Source of the DNA: Acetobacteraceae bacterium
GTDB lineage: Bacteria > Pseudomonadota > Alphaproteobacteria > Acetobacterales > Acetobacteraceae
Length of the DNA stretch: 45,859 nucleotides
Reading direction: 5' to 3'
Assembly (NCBI GenBank): GCA_035549615.1
Contig: DASZQO010000030.1
Coordinates: forward strand, 1 to 45,859
Positions 38,829 through 45,859 of the stretch are shown here, in pieces. The notes under the pieces are model-generated. The model made no database searches. It was not told the DNA's origin and worked only from the letters and a program-made list of their open reading frames with translations. The position numbers and the translations under genes are program-made. The stretch's first letter is position 1. Each line of letters begins with the position of its first letter.

Positions 38829-38932
38829 TTCTTGTAGAGCGTGATCGCCGGAAGGGGAATCACCGAAGGCGTGAATCACGCGGGAAAACAAATGGCGAGA
38901 GTGGGATTGGTGAGTGCGGGCAATCTCATCCC
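38829..38932 (+). repeat. ~100-nt intergenic repeat, copy A
   Basis: Aligns with 44409..44513 in the same orientation, about 79 of 98 columns identical by hand. 20-nt exact core TGAATCACGCGGGAAAACAA at 38872..38891. Confidence 0.65.
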
Positions 38933-39029
38933 GCCTGAGAGCCCAAGGCATGGCTTCAAATTGCCTGTCCCTTGGCCTAAGTTGCCCGCCGTGGAACCCG
39001 CCATTGCGCCGCCCGCGTCCGCTCCTTCG

Positions 39030-39821
39030 GTGAGGAGCGGACGCAGGGTTCATCTTTTCGCCAATCCCGGACGCTTCTTGCGCTTTTCGGGACGCGTGCT
39101 GCCGTGGCTGGCGACGGGCGGGATTATCCTCTCGGCGGTCGGGCTCTTCTGGGGCGCCTTCATCGCGCCACCGGATTGGCAGCAGGGCGAGGCGGCACGG
39201 ATCATGTATGTCCATGTGCCCTCGGCCTGGGTCGCCCTTTCGGGCTATTGCGCCCTCGCCGCCGCTTCGGCCGCGTCGCTCATCTGGCGCCATCCGCTCG
39301 CCGATCTCGCCGCCGCCGAGATCGGCCCTGTGGGCGCCGCCGCCGCCGGGCTCTGCCTCGTCAGCGGCAGCCTGTGGGGCAAGCCGATGTGGGGCGCCTG
39401 GTGGGTCTGGGACGCGCGGCTCACCTCGATGCTCGTGCTTTTCTTCCTCTATCTCGGTCATATCGCGCTGGTCCGCGCCTTCGATGAGCCGACGCGTGGC
39501 CATCGCGCCGGCGCGATCCTGGCATTGATGGGCATCGTCGACCTGCCGATCATCCATTTCAGCGTCGTCTGGTGGAACACCCTGCACCAGGGCAACAGTC
39601 TCGGCCTTTTCTCAGCGCCCACCATCTATATCTCGATGCTGTGGCCGCTGCTCATCACCGCGCTCGGCTATAGCCTCGGCTTCGCCGCGATCGTCCTCGC
39701 CCGGCTCCGCGCGGCCATTCTTGAACGGCGGATCGCCTCCCTCCTCACCGCCCGCGCGGTGGATGGCGGAAAGAGCGCGCAGGGCGCCGCCGTTCCTGTC
39801 GTGGGCGTGGGTGCGGGATGA
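39030..39821 (+). CDS. ccmC: heme exporter protein C
   Basis: WWD motif WGKPMWGAWWVWDARL, and FANPGRF near the N-terminus. GTG 39030 gives 263 aa. The track start 38841 would run through the repeat and add ~60 non-homologous residues. Confidence 0.88.
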   Translation: MRSGRRVHLFANPGRFLRFSGRVLPWLATGGIILSAVGLFWGAFIAPPDWQQGEAARIMYVHVPSAWVALSGYCALAAASAASLIWRHPLADLAAAEIGPVGAAAAGLCLVSGSLWGKPMWGAWWVWDARLTSMLVLFFLYLGHIALVRAFDEPTRGHRAGAILALMGIVDLPIIHFSVVWWNTLHQGNSLGLFSAPTIYISMLWPLLITALGYSLGFAAIVLARLRAAILERRIASLLTARAVDGGKSAQGAAVPVVGVGAG

Positions 39822-39961
39822 ACTTTCTGCCCTTCATCACCCTGGCCTATGCCGCCGGGGTGCTGGTGCCGGCCGCATTCGCCCTTGCCGCCTGGACCAG
39901 GCTGCGCCGGGCGGAGCGCCGCCTCGCCGCCGTCGATCCCCGCGCACGGAGGGGGCGATGA
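39818..39961 (+). CDS. ccmD: heme exporter protein D (47 aa, not in ORF track)
   Basis: My translation: MNFLPFITLAYAAGVLVPAAFALAAWTRLRRAERRLAAVDPRARRGR. One TM helix plus a basic tail. ATGA overlaps with both the ccmC stop and the ccmE start. Canonical position. Confidence 0.72.
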   Translation: MNFLPFITLAYAAGVLVPAAFALAAWTRLRRAERRLAAVDPRARRGR

Positions 39962-40470
39962 CCCGCAAGCGACGGCGCCTGCTGATGCTCGGCGCCTGCC
40001 TCGCCGGCCTCGGCACGGCGACCGGCCTCGCGCTCGCCGCCTTCAGCGGCAGCCTCGTCTTCTTCGTTACCCCCTCCGACCTTGCCGCGAAACCTGGGGA
40101 GATCGGGCGGATGGTCCGTCTCGGCGGCCTCGTCCAGCAGGGCAGCGTCGTACACGCAGTGATCGGCGGCCGCCCGTTCGTGCGCTTCCGCATCACCGAC
40201 GGGCATGACGCGATCCCGGTCACCTTCACGGGCCTTCTGCCGGGCCTTTTCCGGGAGGGGCAGGGCGTCGTCGTCACCGGCCATCTTGCGCCGGGCGGGA
40301 TTTTCCGGGCCGACGAAGTGCTCGCCAAGCACGATGCCGATTACATGCCGCCCGCCGTCGTCCAAGCGCTGAAGAAGCGTGGCCTCTGGAATCCCGATGC
40401 CGGGCCGCCGCCCCCGGCAGCTACCTGGGACACGATGAGGCTGCCGGCCGCGAACCAGAGCGGGGGCTGA
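39958..40470 (+). CDS. ccmE: cytochrome c maturation heme chaperone
   Basis: In-frame ATG 39958 inside track ORF 39721..40470 gives MTRKRRRLLMLG. OB-fold region and heme-binding His in VLAKHDADYMPP. Confidence 0.92.
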   Translation: MTRKRRRLLMLGACLAGLGTATGLALAAFSGSLVFFVTPSDLAAKPGEIGRMVRLGGLVQQGSVVHAVIGGRPFVRFRITDGHDAIPVTFTGLLPGLFREGQGVVVTGHLAPGGIFRADEVLAKHDADYMPPAVVQALKKRGLWNPDAGPPPPAATWDTMRLPAANQSGG

Positions 40471-40476
40471 CACAGG

Positions 40477-42441
40477 ATGATCCCGGAGCTTGGCAATTTC
40501 GCTCTTGCGCTCGCCTGCTGCCTCGCCCTGACCCAGGCGGTACTTTCGCTGCTCGGCGCTGAGGGGCGGGATGCGCGGCTGCTGGCAGCCGCTCCCGCCC
40601 TCGCCTTCGGCCAGTTGATCGCCGTCGGCACCGCCTTCCTCGCCCTCGTCTGGAGCAATGTCGTCTCCGACTTCTCGGTACGCAATATTGCCGAGAACAG
40701 CCAGAGCCAGGCGCCGCTCTTCTACCGGATCACCGGCACCTGGGGGAATCATGACGGTTCCATCCTGCTCTGGTGCCTGGTGCTGGCGCTCTGCGGCGCC
40801 GCCATCGCCGCCTTCGGCGGCAATCTCCCCTCCGCCCTCCGCGCCCGGGTGATTGGCGTGCTCGGCGCGGTCGCCGCCGGTTTCCTGCTCTTCGCGCTCA
40901 CGGCCTCGAACGCCTTCACCCGCGTCTGGCCGCCGCCGATGCAGGGCCAGGGCATGAATGCGCTGCTGCAGGACCCCGCGCTCGCGGTTCACCCGCCCAT
41001 ACTCTATCTCGGCTATGTCGGCTTTTCGGTGCCCTTCGCCTTCGCCATTGCTGCGCTCATCGAGGGGCGGGTAGACGCCGCCTGGGGCCGCTGGGTCCGG
41101 CCCTGGGCGCTTGTTTCCTGGTGCTTTCTCACCTGCGGGATCGCGCTCGGCTCGTGGTGGGCGTACTATGATCTCGGCTGGGGCGGGTTCTGGTTCTGGG
41201 ACCCGGTCGAGAACTCCTCCCTCCTGCCCTGGCTCACCGGCACCGCCCTTCTCCATTCGGCGATTGTCGTCGAGAAGCGGGAGGCGCTCAAAACCTGGAC
41301 CATCCTGCTCGCGATCGCGACCTTCGCGCTCAGCCTCTGCGGCACCTTTCTCACCCGCTCGGGCATTCTCAATTCGGTCCATGCCTTCGCCAATGATCCC
41401 GAGCGCGGCCTCTTCATTCTCGCCCTGCTCGGGCTCGTCGTCGTGCCGAGTCTTTTTCTCTTCGCGCTCCGCGCGCCGGTTCTTTCCCCCTCCGGCATGT
41501 TCGCCATTCTCTCGCGCGAGGGCGCGCTGGTGCTCAACAACATCCTGCTCTGCTCCATCGCCGCTGTGGTGCTGACTGGAACGCTCTACCCGCCCTTCGC
41601 CAATCTGATCGGGGGTGTCCAGCTTTCGGTTGGCGCCCCCTTCTTTGATGCGACCGTGCTGCCGTTGGCCGCCCCCCTGATCCTGGCGATGCCGCTCGGC
41701 CCGATGCTTTCCTGGAAGCGCGCCGCCCTGGGCCCGGCGCTGCTCCGCCTCTGGTGGGCGGCCCTCGTGGCGGCCGTCGTCGGCGTGATCGCCGCCCTCG
41801 GCTGGCATGGGGTGGCCGCGCTCGGCTTTGTGGGCAGCGCCTGGCTGATCCTCGGCGCGGCGGCTGATCTCGGCAGCCGGATCCGGCTTTTCCGCATCCC
41901 GCTCGGAGAGAGTTTTTCACGCCTGGCCGGTCTGCCCACCTCTGCGCTTGGGGCAGCGATTGCCCATGCCGGGCTCGGCGTGACGATCGCCGGGATCGCT
42001 GGAATGACGCTCGCGACCCAGCGCGTCACCTTCCTCCACCCTGGCCAGAGCCTCGATTTCGCCGGCGATCACTGGACCCTGCAGTCCCTCGTCGACCAGC
42101 CCGGCCCAGACTATGTGGCCCGCACCGCAACGCTGCTCGTCAGCAGGGACGGAAGAACCATCGCTGTCCTGCACCCCTCGGAACGCGCCTTTCCAGTGCA
42201 GCGTACGGACGTGACGGATACCGCCATCCGCACCGATTTTCTCGTCGATCTCTATACCGCTCTTGGCAGCGTGCATGATGGCGGGGCGGAGGTGCGGCTG
42301 CGCTATGACCCGCTGGCGCCCTGGATCTGGCTCGGCGCGCTTGTGATGGCGGCCGGTGGCGGCCTTTCGCTCGCCGACCGCCGGTTGCGCATCGGCGCCC
42401 CCGCCAAGCGCGAGCCGCGGGTCGCGCAGGTCTCCGCCTGA
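40477..42441 (+). CDS. ccmF: cytochrome c-type biogenesis heme lyase subunit
   Basis: WWD motif WGGFWFWDPVENSSLLPW. Polytopic, 654 aa. Confidence 0.95.
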   Translation: MIPELGNFALALACCLALTQAVLSLLGAEGRDARLLAAAPALAFGQLIAVGTAFLALVWSNVVSDFSVRNIAENSQSQAPLFYRITGTWGNHDGSILLWCLVLALCGAAIAAFGGNLPSALRARVIGVLGAVAAGFLLFALTASNAFTRVWPPPMQGQGMNALLQDPALAVHPPILYLGYVGFSVPFAFAIAALIEGRVDAAWGRWVRPWALVSWCFLTCGIALGSWWAYYDLGWGGFWFWDPVENSSLLPWLTGTALLHSAIVVEKREALKTWTILLAIATFALSLCGTFLTRSGILNSVHAFANDPERGLFILALLGLVVVPSLFLFALRAPVLSPSGMFAILSREGALVLNNILLCSIAAVVLTGTLYPPFANLIGGVQLSVGAPFFDATVLPLAAPLILAMPLGPMLSWKRAALGPALLRLWWAALVAAVVGVIAALGWHGVAALGFVGSAWLILGAAADLGSRIRLFRIPLGESFSRLAGLPTSALGAAIAHAGLGVTIAGIAGMTLATQRVTFLHPGQSLDFAGDHWTLQSLVDQPGPDYVARTATLLVSRDGRTIAVLHPSERAFPVQRTDVTDTAIRTDFLVDLYTALGSVHDGGAEVRLRYDPLAPWIWLGALVMAAGGGLSLADRRLRIGAPAKREPRVAQVSA

Positions 42442-43007
42442 TGCCGCTCACTCTCGCCACGCGCCGGCGTCTCATGCTTGCCGCCCCGCTCGGGCTTGCC
42501 GCGATCGGCGGTTTCGGATTCCTCCGATTGCTCGATCGCATGCAGACCGGCCGCTATGACCCGCATGCAGTCCCCAATTTCCTGGTCGGCCACCCGGTTC
42601 CACCTTTCACGACGACCGCCGCGCCTCCCGGAGCGGGTTTCTCGACCGCCGATCTGCAAAATCTCCCGCAGCCGGTGCTGGTCAATTTCTTCGCCTCCTG
42701 GTGCGTGCCCTGTCGGGCCGAGCACACGCTGCTCATGCAACTCCAATCCCAGGGCGTTGCGATCTGGGGCATCGCCTATGAGGATTCGGAGGCCGCGATG
42801 GCCGGCCTGCTCGCCGCGCAGGGCAATCCTTACGCCCGCCTCGGCGCCGACAAGACCGGCGCGGCCGCGATCGCCTGGGGCATCAGCGGCGTGCCGGAAA
42901 GTTTCCTGGTTGATCGCGGCGGCGTGATCCGCTGGCATATCGGCGGACCGCTCTCAGCCGAGACCATTGCCGGCACGCTCGAGCCGCTGCTCAGGAAATA
43001 TGCCTGA
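42441..43007 (+). CDS. ccmG: periplasmic thiol:disulfide oxidoreductase DsbE/CcmG
   Basis: NFFASWCVPCRAEH (CxxC) and GVPESFLVD. The start overlaps the ccmF stop (TGATG). Confidence 0.92.
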   Translation: MPLTLATRRRLMLAAPLGLAAIGGFGFLRLLDRMQTGRYDPHAVPNFLVGHPVPPFTTTAAPPGAGFSTADLQNLPQPVLVNFFASWCVPCRAEHTLLMQLQSQGVAIWGIAYEDSEAAMAGLLAAQGNPYARLGADKTGAAAIAWGISGVPESFLVDRGGVIRWHIGGPLSAETIAGTLEPLLRKYA

Positions 43008-43441
43008 TGCGCCGGCTTGCGATCGGCCTTCTCTTTCTTGTCGTCTCGCTTCCCGCGCTTGCGGCCGCTCCCGCTCTCACCGCGGCGCAGGAAGCGCGCG
43101 CGGAGACGATCGGCCGCCAGCTTCGCTGCCTCGTCTGCCAGAACGAAAGCGTCGAGGAATCGAACGCCTCGCTTGCGGCCGATATCCGCCGCGTCATCCG
43201 CGAGCAGGTTGCGGCCGGGCGGACGAACCACGAGATCATGCAGTGGATGACGGCGCGGTACGGCGATTTCATCCGCCTCGACCCCCCCTTCAACCAGCTT
43301 ACCTTCCTGCTCTGGTCCATCCCCGTTCTGGCGCCCGCGGCGGGTCTCGCTGCCGCACTGCTCGCCGCACGGCGCCGCCGCAGCGAGCCTTCACCGTTGA
43401 CCGAGGCCGAAAGTGCCCGGCTCGCCGAGCTGCTCGAGTAG
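43007..43441 (+). CDS. ccmH: cytochrome c-type biogenesis protein CcmH (CycL)
   Basis: Signal peptide, LRCLVCQNESVEESNASLAADIR motif, C-terminal TM. TGATG overlap with ccmG. Confidence 0.9.
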   Translation: MRRLAIGLLFLVVSLPALAAAPALTAAQEARAETIGRQLRCLVCQNESVEESNASLAADIRRVIREQVAAGRTNHEIMQWMTARYGDFIRLDPPFNQLTFLLWSIPVLAPAAGLAAALLAARRRRSEPSPLTEAESARLAELLE

Positions 43442-43459
43442 GGTCGGGAGGCTTCAACG

Positions 43460-44185
43460 ATGCTGTGGGGCTTCTTCGCGCTCCTTTCTCTCGCTGCACT
43501 CGCGCCGGCTGGCTTCGTCTTCCTCCGCGGCCGCAGCCGCACCCCGCGGGGGCGACGGGTGGCGGCGCTTGCCCTCTATCGTGCCCAGCTCGACGAGCTC
43601 GCCCGCAACCGGGCGGAAAACCGGATCGGTGACGCCGAACATGCCCTGGCCGTGCGCGAAGTGGAGCGACGCCTGCTTGCCGCCGCTGCCACGCCGGACG
43701 CCGAGACAGGCTCCCGCGCCGGGCTTGGCATGCTGCTCAGCGTCCTGGTGGCGATCCCGCTCGTCGCCCTTGCCCTCTACCTGCCTGCTGGCGATCCGGG
43801 CCTGCCAGCCGCCCCGCTCGCGCCCAGGCTCGCCGCCGAGCGGGCACAGCACCGGGAGATGGCCCGGGCCATTACCGAACTGCGCCAAAAGATCGCGACC
43901 CTCGACCCGAGATCGGAGGAAGCGCGGGAAGGCCTGCTGCTGCTCGGCCGCGCCGAGGCGGAGAATGGGGATTTCGCCGCCGCCGCCGCCGCCTGGCGCC
44001 AGGCGCTCGCCGACCGGTTCGACCCCGCGCTCGCCGCCGCCGCCGCCGAGGCGGAGACCCGCGCCGCCGGCCATGTGAACGCGGCCGCCGCCGACCTCTT
44101 CCGAGAGGCACTCGCCAAGGCCCCGGCCAGTGCCCCCTGGCGGGCGCTTGCCGAACAGCGTCTCGCCGAAGCGGGCGCTCAATGA
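43460..44185 (+). CDS. ccmI: c-type cytochrome biogenesis protein CcmI (CycH-like)
   Basis: Two TM helices flanking YRAQLDELARNRAENRI..., then a TPR-like Ala-rich C-terminus. Position after ccmH. Confidence 0.78.
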   Translation: MLWGFFALLSLAALAPAGFVFLRGRSRTPRGRRVAALALYRAQLDELARNRAENRIGDAEHALAVREVERRLLAAAATPDAETGSRAGLGMLLSVLVAIPLVALALYLPAGDPGLPAAPLAPRLAAERAQHREMARAITELRQKIATLDPRSEEAREGLLLLGRAEAENGDFAAAAAAWRQALADRFDPALAAAAAEAETRAAGHVNAAAADLFREALAKAPASAPWRALAEQRLAEAGAQ

Positions 44186-44406
44186 ACCTTGCAGCCGAGG
44201 GCGCGCTCGGCATTATCAACACCATGAACGAGGAAAAGACGAAGGCCGAGTCGCCCACCGCGCCGGCCGCCGAATCGCCCGTCGAGTCGCCGGCCGAGCC
44301 GAAGCTCAAGCCGAAAACGCTTCCCAAGGAAATCGGCGGCCCGTCCGGCCCCGAGCCCACCCGCTACGGTGACTGGCAGTACAAAGGCCGTGTAACTGAT
44401 TTTTAG
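44182..44406 (+). CDS. DUF1674 / SDHAF4-like small protein
   Basis: C-terminal signature EIGGPSGPEPTRYGDWQYKGRVTDF. ATGA overlap with the ccmI stop; ATG 44224 is the alternative. Confidence 0.85.
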   Translation: MNLAAEGALGIINTMNEEKTKAESPTAPAAESPVESPAEPKLKPKTLPKEIGGPSGPEPTRYGDWQYKGRVTDF

Positions 44407-44408
44407 AC

Positions 44409-44513
44409 GTTCTTCAGAGCGTGATGACCGAAGGTGGGAATCGCCGTAGGTCTGAATCACGCGGGAAAACAAGTGGCGAGAGCGAGATGGATGAGCGCAA
44501 GCGATCTCATCTC
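44409..44513 (+). repeat. ~100-nt intergenic repeat, copy B
   Basis: Partner of 38829..38932. Exact core TGAATCACGCGGGAAAACAA at 44453..44472. Starts 3 nt after the DUF1674 stop. Confidence 0.65.
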
Positions 44514-44543
44514 CCTCTCGGGGCAGCATAGCGGCGGCGGGTC

Positions 44544-45859
44544 ATGGCAGGTCGGTTTGCGAGAGGCTTCTTGGCTGTAGGCCTCCGCTGCCTGGGGCGG
44601 CCCTTGGGGCGAGTGGTGATTGCCGAGCGGTTCTCCGCCCCAGCGGATCTTGCAGCGATCCGCCTGCCGAAGCCGCCGCTTGATCCTGATCACGGTCCCA
44701 TCTCCGTCCTGCTGCTCGATCCGCGGAATGGCACCTTTCGCGCAGCCCAGCTCGACACGATCCGCAAGGGTGCCGATCTCAGCTTTGGGTTTCCGGCCTT
44801 CACCAATTCTGCCGGCGCGACTTTCCTTCTTTTGGCATTTCAGCCGGCCCGGTCGGATATCTTTGATCGGTGGCAGCGCCGCCTCGCTGCTGCCGCCCTG
44901 GCAGCAAGGCCGCCGATCCAGCTCGCCTGCAACGCGGACGTGCCTGGATTCCACGCGCTGATGCTTCCGCCCCACCCACCGAACGCGTTGCACCTGCTGG
45001 GTCCGGCCGAAGTCGAAAAAGACAGTGAAACCAATGAAATAAAGGTCTCCGGTGCAATCGAGACCTGGTGGCGGGAGGATGGCGGCCTCTATCTCCAGGG
45101 CTGGCTCCACGCCTATGAGAGGCGCGTCATCTCCGCCGCCATTCTTGCGGGCCGCGAACCTTCGAACCGGCCGCATCCGATCCCGCGTTTCACTCCCCGT
45201 CCCGACCTCATCGGGCATGAACCGAAGCTCACGGAACCGGCTGCCGGCTTTGCCCTCTTCGTCCCGAACTGCACCGGGGAGACAGTCACGCTCCGGATCG
45301 GAACCGAGGCCGGGCCGGCCCAGCTCTCGCTATCCTTGCCGGCGCGCGCTGGATTGCCGGCCGCCAGGATCGCGCGCGAGGCGGAGGAAAAGGACCGGGC
45401 CTTCATCCGTTTCGTCGCCGAGGCCAATGCCCGTGGGTTCGAAGTGCTGGAGATCGGGGCGAGGCTTGTCGGCCGCCGCACCGAGCCGCTTCGCGATCGC
45501 TTTCCGAAGGCGCGGCGCTATGTCGGGATGGATATCCACCCCGGGCCGACCGTAGACTTGGTGGGAGACGTGCACGCGCTTTCGCGTCTCACCGGACGGG
45601 GCAGCTTCGATGCCGTCTTCTCGGGGGCCGTACTCGAGCATCTTGCCATGCCCTGGATCGTAGCGGCCGAGATCAACCGCGTGCTGCGGCCGGGCGGCCT
45701 CACCTACCACATCACCCCCCAGGCCTGGCCAGTGCATGAGGAACCAAACGATTTCTGGCGCTTCACCGACGAGGCGCTGAAGTTACTGTTCGGCGAGCCC
45801 TTCGGTTTCGAGGTGCTGAGCGCAGGCATGGCGGATCGCGCACGGCTTTACCCGCTCGA
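44544..45859 (+). CDS. class I SAM-dependent methyltransferase with ~300-aa N-terminal extension, 3' end outside window (ORF absent from track)
   Basis: My translation of the frame starting at ATG 44544 has no stop through nt 45859. The C-terminal part reads FEVLEIGAR...YVGMDIHPG...FDAVFSGAVLEHLAMPWIVAAEINRVLRPGG (Methyltransf_11-like). In-frame ATG 44961 is an alternative start. Codon-3 G/C is lower in the first 400 nt. Confidence 0.6.
   Translation, partial: MAGRFARGFLAVGLRCLGRPLGRVVIAERFSAPADLAAIRLPKPPLDPDHGPISVLLLDPRNGTFRAAQLDTIRKGADLSFGFPAFTNSAGATFLLLAFQPARSDIFDRWQRRLAAAALAARPPIQLACNADVPGFHALMLPPHPPNALHLLGPAEVEKDSETNEIKVSGAIETWWREDGGLYLQGWLHAYERRVISAAILAGREPSNRPHPIPRFTPRPDLIGHEPKLTEPAAGFALFVPNCTGETVTLRIGTEAGPAQLSLSLPARAGLPAARIAREAEEKDRAFIRFVAEANARGFEVLEIGARLVGRRTEPLRDRFPKARRYVGMDIHPGPTVDLVGDVHALSRLTGRGSFDAVFSGAVLEHLAMPWIVAAEINRVLRPGGLTYHITPQAWPVHEEPNDFWRFTDEALKLLFGEPFGFEVLSAGMADRARLYPL

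Noticed and set aside
38841-39029. N-terminal extension of ccmC from the track start at 38841 (or ATG 38892)
   Set aside because: The extension would be translated from the intergenic repeat (copy A) and adds ~60 residues before the conserved FANPGRF start region. GTG 39030 gives a normal-length CcmC.
39847-41808. 653-aa minus-strand ORF antisense to ccmE/ccmF
   Set aside because: The composition is dominated by G/E/R/A/P with no recognisable motif. The + strand carries textbook CcmE and CcmF with WWD and His motifs.
45011-45045. AT-rich patch considered as an intergenic boundary splitting the terminal ORF into two genes
   Set aside because: The reading frame stays open across it, and no in-frame start with an SD follows immediately. 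The GTG 45052 frame (track ORF 45052..45555) translates to Arg/Ser/Pro-rich nonsense. The patch is kept as a possible linker or fusion point, and ATG 44961 is flagged as an alternative start.
44457-45218. 253-aa minus-strand ORF downstream of the ccm cluster
   Set aside because: It starts inside repeat copy B, is Arg/Gly/Pro-rich and has no motifs. The + strand frame starting at 44544 stays open to the window end and ends in a clear methyltransferase domain.
1-45859. Scan for CRISPR arrays, IS elements/transposases, integrases, prophage genes, toxin-antitoxin or defence-system genes
   Set aside because: No spaced direct-repeat array and no recognisable transposase, integrase, phage or TA motif appears in any plausible coding frame. 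The only dispersed repeat found is the two-copy ~100-nt element.

Overview
GC-rich, gene-dense chromosomal segment (about 47 CDS and 1 tRNA). It reads as alphaproteobacterial core genome, possibly Rhodospirillales/Acetobacteraceae-like, but that placement is inference only.

Gene order, left to right:
- partial amidohydrolase, then purH
- MaoC-like hydratase plus scoAB CoA-transferase, converging on a pta-fabI-ackA operon
- the conserved kdsD-lptC-lptA-lptB-rpoN-hpf cluster
- a B12-binding radical SAM protein
- tRNA-Leu(CAG) abutting a short rnd
- an NDUFA9-like protein
- sdhC-sdhD-sdhA-(GlsB-like)-sdhB, followed by a Cys-phosphatase
- large nadE
- a liv-type ABC importer
- a phosphoribosyltransferase
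- a lysR / C26 amidotransferase / pseudouridine synthase / rsmD operon, divergent from pirin-tadA
- ohr
- an RpfF/DfsA-like crotonase
- acs
- an EVE-domain protein
- ccmCDEFGHI plus a DUF1674/SDHAF4-like gene
- a long + strand ORF missing from the supplied track (it runs off the 3' end) that ends in a SAM-methyltransferase domain

I saw no CRISPR array, transposase, integrase, phage or toxin-antitoxin signature, and I did not find a convincing new multi-gene system.

Most noteworthy items:
1. An orphan DSF-synthase-like (RpfF-type) crotonase.
2. A ~100-nt intergenic repeat present twice, bracketing the ccm operon, with paired GANTC sites and a hairpin kept by one compensatory change.
3. An uncharacterised B12-binding radical SAM enzyme.
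4. Unusual accessories in or next to the sdh and ccm operons.
5. Several AT-rich palindromic spacers.

Limits: all product calls come from motif and family recognition by eye, with no searches run. Several start codons are uncertain. The many long ORFs lying antisense to real genes are treated as GC-driven shadow ORFs.
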